From: Marsupella aquatica
Lineage: Eukaryota > Plantae > Marchantiophyta
Length of the DNA: 64,000 nucleotides
NCBI GenBank assembly: GCA_973895155.1
Contig: OZ316893.1
Location: 13,470,359 to 13,534,358, forward strand
Reading direction: 5' to 3'
This document shows positions 28,751 through 39,185 of this stretch, in pieces. The position numbers and the translations under genes are program-made. Numbering within the stretch: the stretch's first letter is position 1; the number at the start of each line of letters is the position of its first letter. The notes beneath the pieces were generated by a model. The model made no database searches. It was not told the DNA's origin and saw only the letters and a list, made by a program, of their open reading frames with translations.

Positions 28751-29174
28751 AAGTTGAGCTGGTTGGCGTCCAAACACAACTGTTTAGCGTCCTCTGACAG
28801 CCTTAAGTTTATACAGCTGTATACATAAAGCACTCACCGTATGAATAGTATTTTATGAGATATAATTCATAAAAAACAACCTTACGTGGCGGAACATGGA
28901 TGGCCAAAGAGAGTAATAGACAGACGCATTTCCTTAACGTGTGACCTGCTGCTGCAGTCGCGTGGACTACCTCACATCTTCACCTTCGTGTGGGTGGTAG
29001 CAGTGTTGTCTCAGGTAGAGTCTAAACAAGTGTCCAAGACACGTAACCTGCTGCCACAGTCACATAGTCTCTATGTTGTGTATGGCTGCTCAATTGCCAG
29101 GGAAGTGGAAAATGGTTTTGGTTTTTTTATTCAAATATGTGATAGAAATTTACTCTTAGGTCTAGGGTTATGAT

Positions 29175-29496
29175 TGTAACCGTAATTAGGGCCGACCTTA
29201 GTCACGGACTAGGTTAGGTTAACTAGGTTAGGTTAACTAGGTTACACAATATATCCCAAGTGTGTTTGCTTGGATAGGAAGAACTCAGGCTCATTGTTAT
29301 GGAGCCGGTTCAAATTGAGGGAGATCTTGTATTGTGGGGATTCGATATGGCCAACGGGTCTAGAGTGCAATAAATCTCTCGTGTGTTCCTGTGTATGTAG
29401 CCTCAAGTTGAGGTGAACCACATATCTTTGTGCGTTGACTATTTGTGCGTTGAATATTCATGGGCTTGTTGTTGTGGATGTCATCTTTGCTCAACA
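29175..29496 (+). mobile_element. Probable solo or remnant copia LTR
   Basis: Begins TGTAAC and ends ..AACA. It contains ttcctgtgtatgtagcctcaagttgaggtgaaccacata, similar to ttcccgtggacgtagccaaccttgaggcgaaccacgta in the LTRs of the 47635-53681 element read on the minus strand. It also has gttaactagg repeats. No clean TSD. Confidence 0.5.
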
Positions 29497-29586
29497 ATAT
29501 GAAAAGTCGGGCCCTTGAAGGGCTGGAAAGGTTCCGGATCCTGCCCTTCAAGTCCTCAATTACTGCCATGAAGACTGCCTCAGGTG

Positions 29587-29638
29587 GGGGATACTCTCAC
29601 TCACTCATAGCCGGGGATACTCTCACTCACTCATAGCC
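29587..29638. repeat. Tandem 2 x 26 bp
   Basis: ggggatactctcactcactcatagcc occurs twice. Confidence 0.9.
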
Positions 29639-31689
29639 TGCCACCAATTATCTAAAGGGTAGTTTTTTGAGGACCATCTACATGCAAGACAACCCTTGAA
29701 TTGGAGGTCCCTCTCTTCTTACCTAAGTGAATGGAAAAGACAAGCAAGCAACATCTAAGATTGAGACCCAAAGGATTGTAAATAAATGAGTTTCTGGTAA
29801 CTGTCCACTCAAATCAAGGTAAATTTTAAGTTTTCTTTGTTGGCCAAGTGACAAAAGTCACCTTTGAGTGAAGGAGTAGATGCCAAGAATATTCCTTGTC
29901 CAATGTTACTATATTAAAATTTGACAGTTAGATATCCCCATTTAATGGTAACCATCAGATTGAGGCTAATCAAGACAAAATAATCTGGCTAATTTTTGCC
30001 AAAAGTGACAGACTTTCTAGTGAGGTGGAGTTTGACAAAAGAAAAAGCTGACCTAAATTCCGACATTGCTATATGGAACCTAGTTACGTTTTTCTTTCAT
30101 ATTTTATTTTAGCATAAATTAGAGTTGTAATGTTCTCTTACAATAAGATATTCATCAAAATAATTACCTTCTGGATAATTTTCAAGCCCCCTTTACCAGA
30201 AAAGAAATCCTTACTTTTGATTAAATTTTGTACCCCTTTTAAGGAAAATTTAACCCTAAACCGAGGCCACAAAACAAGCAAAAAGTAATTCCCAATAGAG
30301 CCAAAAACTACCAAAGCACACAGTCAAATCAGGGCCAAGCACAAAACGAGTCTAACAGAGCACATGAGGCTGAACCCCGGGCTGAACTCAACATGGAGCA
30401 GCGAAAATCCAAGCAGTGAAACCTGAGCACCGAGCGCAGAGGTCCGAGTAGCACAGAGGTCCAACGAGAGCGCAGTTACCCTAAACAAGAGCACCGCAGG
30501 TAGAGCAACGAGAGGCCAAAAACCTTCAAAAACTGAGCCTCAGAAACGAGCCTCAGAAAATGGGCACAAAGCAAGTGCAAACCAAAGCCAATCTGCAACA
30601 GAAACCAAGCACCAGCGAGCCAAGGCCGGGCACCAAAAGTGAGGACGAGTAGCAGCAGAAATGGAGCCCTACAGCGAGCTCCCCACGGAAGTACAGTTCC
30701 ATTTCAAAAACTCTCCAGCCTCCTCTCAATCGAGCTCTCTCTCGATCTCCAGCCTCTCGCACCACCTGAACTTACATACAATCATACTCATTTTTGGACG
30801 AGAGACGGAGAGATTGATTGTTTAGGGTTTAGGGTCAGAAGCCTAACCCTATAAGCCGCCGCCCGCACATACACACACATGCAAAGACAAAACACAAAAT
30901 GCCCTGCCCAAAGTCTGTCATAGTGTCATCCCCCATACAAAATCACTTTCATTATATCCACTCGCTACAAGACAAATTAACTGTTAATGTTCCAGGATGA
31001 GCCGGCTATATTGTGTCAGCTCCGTCCTCACAATTGAGAGTTTATGTTGATGGATTTGGTTGACAAAGTCTACTTTGTAATTTACTGAAACGGAATACTG
31101 ACGTTTCGACATTATTGTGTTATACCGAGTGGTTGGATTTACTTTCTGTCCAGTCAGAAACCTTACACATTTTCCTTCAGGTTGCCTAATATTTCCTACA
31201 CCGTCTCTCATTCTAATTTCCAGGGCATTATTTAATGGAGCAGAATTCATGTCAAGAGTTGGATCAGCTCATTGGGTCTGTCGTCGTCAACAGAAGAGGC
31301 CATAGGGGGTGCATTACAGGCAACTTTTCCTCAGTGCTCACTCCCGGGATGAAGGCAGGGCATTGCACTTACATGTGGATTGAACTACATGATAAGTGCA
31401 CATTTTAGACTTTGCACATGTAAATAAGTCACTCCAATAATTCTTCTTTGCTGTGAAAGTGCCTCGACCTTCAGTCATTCCCTCTGTTCCTTTCCACATT
31501 GGAGAAGTTGTCATGTCAGGTTCAAAAAGTATTCTAGTGCCCTCTTAACCATCGATCATACATCCCTATTGTAAACCCCTGTCAACTATCTAACAACAGC
31601 AGCATCAACTCTACATTAGAATGGTATCCACTTATCCATAAGAGTTCCACATGGAATTCTTACTCAAAAGTGTACATATATGCTATAGA

Positions 31690-32560
31690 GAATTTTGCAC
31701 TATTTGTGGTTTAGTGGAGCCCTCTTTCCTGGTAATAAAAGTTTCATATAAAGTGCAAAATGGTTGGGAAATACGAGGGAGGAACTGGACACCTGGCAAT
31801 TAGGCAGGGTTTGTGCCTTGAACATATTGGTCTTTTCATGAAGCCCTCTTTCCAGTCATAAAATTTGCAAAACATGTGCCAAATGGTAGGGAAATGAAAG
31901 GAAAGGACCCGAAACCTTGCAATTAGGCTGGGTTTGGACATATTTGTCTTTCAGTGGAGCCCTCTTTCCAGCTATACACACCACAAGAAATCTACAAAAA
32001 TGATTGGGAAACAAAACAGGACACCTTGCAAATAGGCAGGGTTTGCACTATATGCATGTCAGTCTTTGTCTTTGAGCTTTTTATTAACCTGTCCCCGAAA
32101 CTACCCAATATTACTAAATAATGTGCCCCTTAAAACAAAATTAATTCTTAACCTGTCCCTCATTTCATATTCGGATTAATACTAACTCATATACAGATTC
32201 CCATTGCCATGTGGGGCCAAGGAAGGGGGGCCAAAGGGGGTTGCTTTGGGTTCAAGTTACCCAATAACTTAGTGTCACATGGTAGCAGGAATATGAGTCA
32301 ATACTAACTTGAATACAAAATGAGAGACACGTTACTAATTAGTTTTTTTGGGGACGGGTCCAATATGAAATGGGAGACAAGTTAATAATTAATTTTGTTG
32401 GGGGCACATTGATTAATTGTTGGGGACAGGTTAATAAAAAGCTGCTTTCAGCTTTTAGAGGAGCTCTCTTTCCAGTCATAAAAACGGTCACAAAAGTGCA
32501 GGATGCGGGAAATAAAAGGGACGAACCTGATGCCTTGCAATTAGGCAGGTTTGCACTTAC
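31690..32560. repeat. Degenerate ~120-bp repeat array, interrupted by a MITE
   Basis: g(g/a)agc(c/t)ctctttcc...aaat.gt.gggaaa...acc(t/c)tgcaa.taggc.ggttt recurs at about 31716, 31840, 31956 and 32461. Confidence 0.65.
32075..32443. mobile_element. MITE-like non-autonomous DNA transposon (~370 bp)
   Basis: Perfect 22-bp terminal inverted repeat: agctttttattaacctgtcccc (32075-32096) and ggggacaggttaataaaaagct (32422-32443). It extends imperfectly to about 100 bp (aatgtgcccc..aacaaaattaatt..tcatttcatatt pairs with its complement). Non-coding. TSD not resolved. Confidence 0.75.
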
Positions 32561-32689
32561 CGAGTGTACACAGGAAGAGCCGACGGCAGAGTGATGGCGG
32601 CGAGGGCGCTTCCTTTTGTGCAGAATACTGGACGATGACGATGACGATGGCGTTGCGATTTTTGGTGCAAAGAGCAGCAAAGCAGCGGG

Positions 32690-33430
32690 TCCTCACCCTG
32701 TCACAAGCAGTTGTTCACGATTTCACTGGTATGCTTTTTCTTCAGGGAAATCGAAAGCACGTGAGCTATTATATCAATACTTTTTCTACTGTCGATCCCT
32801 TGTTTATGAACGCTGCGGTCAGCGCGATCTCTTGGAGTGGTCCTGCACATCGATCGGAAGCAAGTGACGTAATACTTGAATGGTTCTTTATGTTTTGCAC
32901 TGTTTGGATCCCCTTGATTCTTGGTCAGCGCGTGTCCTTCGCGTGGTCCTACACAGCAAACATCCTACTGTAAATCCTTTACTGATATGTTTTTCCTTTA
33001 GGGAAAGCGCAAGTAGTGACCTAATAATTGAATGGGTTTTAAAGTTTGCACCGGTGGGATCCCCTTGTTGACCAACGCTCGGGTCAGAAGCTTTTGGGGT
33101 GGTCCTACACAATGTCATACCCATCCTTTACTGGTAATTTCTTTTCCTTAGGGAAAGCCGACGCAAGTGATCTAATAATTGAATGATTTTTTAAGGTTTG
33201 CACCTCTGGGACCCCCTGATCGCTCGGGTAGGCGCAGCCCCTTGGCGTGGTCCTACACATGAACCATCCTTCACTGGTATGATTTTTCTTTAGAGAAATC
33301 GAGAGCAATTGACCTAATAATTCAATGGTTTTTATTATGTTTAGTACCGGTGGGATCCCCCTTGTTTCCGAACGCTCAGGTCAACGCAGGGTCTTGGTAT
33401 GGTCCGACACAATCAACAACCATCCTTCTC
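32690..33430. repeat. Diverged ~150-bp tandem repeat, 4-5 units
   Basis: gtggtcctacac...catcct.tactg.ta..ttt.c.ttag.gaaa...gacctaataattgaatg.ttt...ggatcccc recurs at about 32836, 32943, 33099, 33248 and 33400. Confidence 0.75.
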
Positions 33431-35026
33431 CGGACTGATCGAAAGTCACTTAAAAGCATTTTTTTACTCTACAATTAAGATCCACAGCGCACGTGAATAG
33501 AAATAGCCGGTGCTTGTTTTGTCAAGATCTTGTTGATGAAGCTATAGCAGACGAAGCCTTGGAGTTCTGTACAGTGGTTCTTTGTCCGCCTTGGGAAAGA
33601 GTCTCGGTTTGCCCGTGCCCTGGCTTGACGAGGGCTTCTCCGTTTTGAAAGTTACGAAGTTATCTGTCGTAAACTTTGTCGCGAAGCGGCTCTCGTCATA
33701 CGAAAAAGAACATGCATGAATCGGCAAGGAATTTGGGAAGGACTGACAGAGACGGAAAATCACTTTCTCAAGGGCAAAAAGAACGATCGACAGTTTGTTA
33801 TACCGCTGTTCAGCCATAGATCATGTTGAATCCTGATCACGCTGAGCTTCAATCGACGTGGTTTGTAATCCAGTCATAAGTTATTTCACATCTCGCATTA
33901 TAATAGTCTCCGGTCCCTCCAGGGCACCCTTCCGTTTCGCCACCTCACCTCACCTCTTCGCCGGTGCGCAATTTTTTATTTGTCGTCGGACTTGCAAAGG
34001 AATGTTTGCTCATTACATTCTGAGGAGTGAGGAGTCCTTGGAGGACCAGTTTTTGGGGTAATGTTTACCTTCACATGCGTTACTCTTATGGAGAGCTTTG
34101 TCCTTCGACTGTACTTTTCTTGTGTACAGTGGTGAGGTAGTGGAGTACACGTTCCTGTACTCGACTATTGTAGTGGTTAAGTTGGTTTGACTTCTTCAGT
34201 CTCGAAACCTCCTCCTAACAAAAAATGGCGGATGTGGCCGGCTAGATGCAGCTGACCAAAAAGATAGTCATGATAATCTCGACCACTACCACGCTGTACG
34301 GCAGCTGGTCAAGACAGTTATGTTTGGAGTTCTTTTCCAGGACTTCAAGTAGATTCCCACTAGGAGAATTTCAGACATGCAGTTCTTTTCTCATGATCGA
34401 AGGTTTCGTATCTGAAATTTTGCTCTCGATGAAGAACAGTCTTCATCAAAACTCTTTGCTCTCTTCCTTGGAAGAATAGGAAACTCCTTTCCGAGTGACA
34501 CTGAGGCCAGAGCTTTCCAAAACCCTTGAGGAATAGTCCGTACTTGTGTGGTCGTCGCCGGCTTCCGACTTATCAAGTTTCACCAAATCCTCGGATGGTC
34601 CACCTACAACGTCAGACGAGCCCACACATGGCATTCAATGCAGATGACTATTAAGGCCGCAGTCCACAGTCAACGGGCATTGTCCACGTCCAGGATCATA
34701 GTTATTATGACTTGCATTCTACTGTAGAGCGATAGTATCCGTCTAGCAAACCAATGGAGATTAGAGTTGCAGACCATTTGTAATAAACTCAAGTCTTGTG
34801 GGGTGTGCTCTGTGCTCCCGACCACAGAGATAGAGCGAGTCCATTCTTAGGTCTACTCTGGTTGTGCCGGAGAGAAATAGCCCGGAGAGAAATAGGACAC
34901 GGTGCATCTGTTTCTTTGCTTCCAAGATGTTCATTTGTTCGAGGGAGAGGTTCCGAGGCTTCGTTTAGAAAACTTGGGAAGGCATTTGAAGAGAAACTAG
35001 AGGGACATTCGAAGTTACTCAGGAAG

Positions 35027-36817
35027 ATGAGAGAAGGGCGAGGAGCAGCAGCTCCTCTTGTTCATTTAACTCTCCTGTTTTTAATCATGACGCTCACATC
35101 CGTGGCGGGACAAGGCAATGTGAAAGGAGGATACTACGCCGGTGGCACGTCAGATCTTTTGCCCTCTTCTGGGCTCGACGCCACTTTGTATACGCATTTG
35201 TTCTATGCATTCGCGAAATTAGCAAACAACACAGCCAATGCTACGATGCCGGCTGAGAATGTCCAAGAGGTCAGCACTTTTTCCTCGGACATGAAAAGCA
35301 GAAACCCCGCCGTGCTCACCTTGATCTCCATCAGCGCCTCAGGCGAAGAATTCGCCGTCGTGCTCAAGAGCAACCGAACTCGACGGACTTTCATCACTTC
35401 CAGCATCGCACTAGCGCGACTGTACCAGTTCGACGGTATCGATGTGGACTGGGAATTCGCGCGATCGCAGCACGAAATGGATGCCTTCGGGTTGTTTATT
35501 GCCCAGTGGAGGAAGGCTGTGATCGCCGAGGGGAACCGCACTAATCAACCCCCTCTCCTCCTCACGGCCGCGGTTTATTTCAACTCCACCCTTCTCTCCA
35601 TAGGTAAAGGATCGTATCCAATCGCCGCCATAGCAGACAACCTAGATTTCGTCAACGTCATGTCCTACGATTATCACGGGTCCTGGGATGTGACTCAGAC
35701 GGGAGCGAACACCAATTTGTATGACAATAGCAGCATAGTCAGCACCGATCGTGGGCTTTCGTCGTGGCTAGGTGCCGGAATGCCCCCTCAAAAGTTAGTG
35801 CTCGGGCTTACTCTCTATGGCCGCTCATGGACGTTGAAGGACGAGAACACAGGAAGTGGTTTGGGAGCTGCGGCAATTGGAGTAGGGCCCGCTCAGCCGC
35901 GGAGCAACACTCCAGGCATCTTCTATTACTCCGAGGTCGTTCCTTTCATTGCCGCGAACAGAGCCCCTGTGGTTCACGATATGACAGAGGTGACAGGGTA
36001 TTGTTACGCTAAGAATGTGTGGGTGAGCTATGAGGATCCGGTCATTGTAGGTACCAAGGTGCTGTACAGCAAGGCCAAGGACTTGCGAGGCTACTTCTTC
36101 TGGCAGGTCAGCCAGGACGAAAATTTCCAGGTCTCGTCTGCAGGTACGAGCACGTCTTCATATTCCTCTGTTCTGCTGTGCCTCTCCTAAATTTGCTCTG
36201 CGGAGCTAGTAGTATGGTGTTCGTTAGCAATGCGCTTTTTAAAACACATTCAAATTCGTGCTTTCATGAAGTAATTCGACTCTATGTCCGGAAAGTAGCT
36301 TTCTCAATTGTAGTCATGACCATAATTATGTCGGTCACATAGCTCACACGATTAGTACTAAACATATTGACATAGCTCACAAGCACATTGGAACAATTCG
36401 ACAATATTTCCGCATTACTTTTGAGCGTGATTGCAGAAGCTAATGCCACGTCCGGATGAGTCGGCTCGTTTTCCGGAAGAATGTCTTCCTGCACTTTCCT
36501 TTTATCAATTAGTCCCTTGTAGCGCAAAATTTTCGGGACTCGAGTTCCGTCTCGAGTGAGTGATGGCTTTGTAGTAGAGGTTCTGTGGAACAGTTTGGAG
36601 GCTCTTCTTGGTCATCGAAGTAACCTTGGTTTGTCGTGCGCATGTTTTTGCAGCATCCCAAACATGGGATAGCGGCATAGCCCCAGCGAATTCCCCATCA
36701 CCATCTTCGGCAGCAGGCTCATTAACGGCCCCCTCTTCGACTGTTTTCCTAGCAATGGCTCTGCTTTCGTGCTTCTTGCTCCAGCTTCGGTCGAATACCA
36801 TCGACATTGTCGGTTGA
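35027..36817 (+). CDS. GH18 class V chitinase with a signal peptide; exon 2 encodes a Ser/Pro linker and hydrophobic C-terminus
   Basis: VKGGYY, YTHLFYAFA, TLISI, the intact catalytic motif FDGIDVDWE, LDFVNVMSYDYHGSW, KLVLGLTLYGRSW, WVSYED and LRGYFFW. The intron 36144-36653 (GT-AG, phase 1) leads to ASQTWDSGIAPANSPSPSSAAGS...VFLAMALLSCFLLQL...*. Confidence 0.92.
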
Positions 36818-37606
36818 TAAGCACTGTCACAGCCTTACGATTTTCCAGCATTAATCAATCAACCCCTCTCCGGCATACCTGGACTTCAGCAGGATGTGTA
36901 CAATTTGGTCTTTGAGGAGGCGACGAGAAATCAATTAACACGGATGTAAGTTCCTCACAGAGACGCAATTTGACGGCATTCCTGTGAGCAAGTGTACTCA
37001 AATCCATGGTCAAGATCGAGTGCCGATGGATTTTTGATGGATCATTGCGACGTGCTGATTCCAAGCGTACACGCTGTGTCGGGGCCCTCAAAACCGAGCT
37101 GTTCTTGGCATGTCCCCAAAAATCAGGTTTCTGCCGGAACTCGCAATTGCTCGACTACCTACTGAGAACGCAGCAGCAAGGTTGAGTCGCCATCTTAGAA
37201 CCGTGGCAGAAGTTTGCCCGAACACTGTACGTAACTTTGCTTTTCTAGAAATCGTCGGAAAAATATTGGACAGCTGATGGTTCAATCCGCTTCCACATCG
37301 CAGACTGGCACAGGTAGACTGGCACAGGTTTTTGTAATAACAGGAATGTGGATGGTCGGAGATCGATCGGAACTCAAGTTCATTTCTTCTCGAGGTTGGA
37401 CTTTATTATTGGCTGAGAGGGAAAGGACCACTCTCCCGACCATGCTCCGCTTCCTTCCGCCACAACTTTCTCGTTCGAGCTCGTCTTATTAGTGAGACAG
37501 AGTACTGTCTCTAAAAGTCTTGTACGCAACAGAGCACAAGAAGTAGGTAACACACCACATGATGTCTCACTTTCTCGAGAAGACAGTTTGCAACGAGCAC
37601 GGGAAA

Positions 37607-38321
37607 CATTACTTGAAGAGACGAATCGTCTGAGCTTGCGTTTCTTTGTCATTGATATCTGATTGCGCTCCTCGAGCACTTACTTGGTCTCCTTTCACTA
37701 AGTGCAGTCCCAGTACGGTGCTATTGCATCCGATGCTTGATTTCATAGAACTGGCTGTAGCTATTGTTGAAGCTCAAATGCTGCAATCAAGTCCACACAG
37801 TACAAGTTTGCGAGTGTGTGTGTTGTCTACACTCATTCATCGCAAGATTCGGCTTTCCAGAATTGCGATTTTCTCCTTTGGCCATCGACATCGAAATGTT
37901 ATCGCTCGTATTTTTAACAGTGCAAGGGAAGTGTTATTCAGGGACGGCCACAAGTTGCATTATTTGAAGAGACGAATCGTCTGAGCTTGCATTTCTTTGT
38001 CGATGAGATTGCGGTTCTCATCGAGCACTTGGTCTCCTTTCACTAAGTGAACACCCAGGTGCCATACCATCAGATGTTTGGTTTCATAGATTTGGCTATT
38101 TGTTGAAGCTCAATGGCGATCAAGTCCACACACACAGTCCGAGTTGGCGAGTGTGTGTGTTGTCTACACTCGTTCATCGCAAGGTTCGGCAATCCCAATG
38201 CTTTTCAGAATTGAGATTCTCTTCTTTTGGCCGTCGATAGGAAATGTTGGGTGCCATCGCTCTTTTTGTTCACAGTGCAAAAGTCCAACAAAAGCGCTAC
38301 CCAGGGACGGCTAAAAGTTGC
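37607..38321. repeat. Diverged tandem duplication, 2 x ~351 bp
   Basis: catta.ttgaagagacgaatcgtctgagcttgc occurs at 37607 and 37958. Shared internal blocks include acttggtctcctttcactaagtg and gcgagtgtgtgtgttgtctacactc. Confidence 0.85.
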
Positions 38322-38890
38322 AACAAATGTTCACAGCGAAGCATGAGTTAGGAAAATGAGGGGGCGGAGAGATCGAAGTCTCTGATCCAAGGACAAAGGT
38401 GAATTGTCCAATCTGATTGTCACAGACCGAAGGCACAGCCGACACAGACTCAATGATGAGACTGACTGCGTAGGCATGTTCACTGTCGCAACTGCTCTAG
38501 TATATTTCGCCATAGCCATTTCAGAGATTCCTCTGTAGAGAAACACTCTTACCAAATTCGATGTGCTGGTCTGTCTGATCGGTCACATGTCAACTCCATG
38601 GCAGAAACTCCCGAAACTTTTCTTGACATCTATCTATCTACTCTGCGATCGAAAATTGCGAAAGTGACCTAGAGATAAGAAAGATACGAACGTCGTCAAT
38701 GTTAGCAGGGTTGCGACAAAGAAAGTGATCTTGAGATGTCAATAGACATGAAAATTCGCATCTTAGTGGTGGTTGTGTGAAGAAAAATGATGGTGAATTA
38801 GAACAACTTGAGATGTCAATAGGTATGGAAATTCACATCTTAGTAGTGATTGTGTGAAGAAAAATGCTGGTGAGAAAGGAGCGTGAACTA

Positions 38891-39185
38891 GGGGATTTGC
38901 CTGGAACACAGAGGTCCGAGGTTCAATCCCCCCTCCACACACTGAGGGTATTTGTGTGTGGGTGGGATGGGTTTTGTGGGTAGTGGATTGGAGTTCTGAT
39001 TATCTGCTCGGCCCTTGGTCGTCCACTTTGTGGCCCTGATTTAATCTTCTCTCTTTCCTGGTGCGGGTCCTTGTCGGATCCGTTGGGGCTCACCCTGGTC
39101 TGGGTTCCCTACAGAAAAACTGTCACATTGGGATGGGGGGAGTCTAATTGTATTTCCTCTCAATTTCCGTTCAAGACAGAAAAAA
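38891..39185 (+). mobile_element. SINE-like non-LTR retroposon insertion (probably 5'-truncated)
   Basis: Pol III B-box-like GGTTCAATCCC at 38920-38930 and an A-rich tail. It is flanked by a near-perfect direct repeat: agaaaggagcgtgaacta (38873-38890) and agaaaggacgtgaacta (39186-39202). Confidence 0.65.

Larger units (their letters stand above)
25060..28880 (+). mobile_element. Putative Crypton-like tyrosine-recombinase DNA transposon (decayed); boundaries approximate
   Basis: A central DUF3504-like tyrosine recombinase (YR) gene with no RT, RNase H or gag. It is flanked by subterminal repeat arrays (25420-25840, 28580-28750) and structured ends that share TTTATGAGATAT (25144-25155 and 28852-28863). 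Confidence 0.65.

Noticed and set aside
33542-34634. Several short minus-strand ORFs suggesting a pseudogene
   Set aside because: No recognisable motif or consistent splice pattern.
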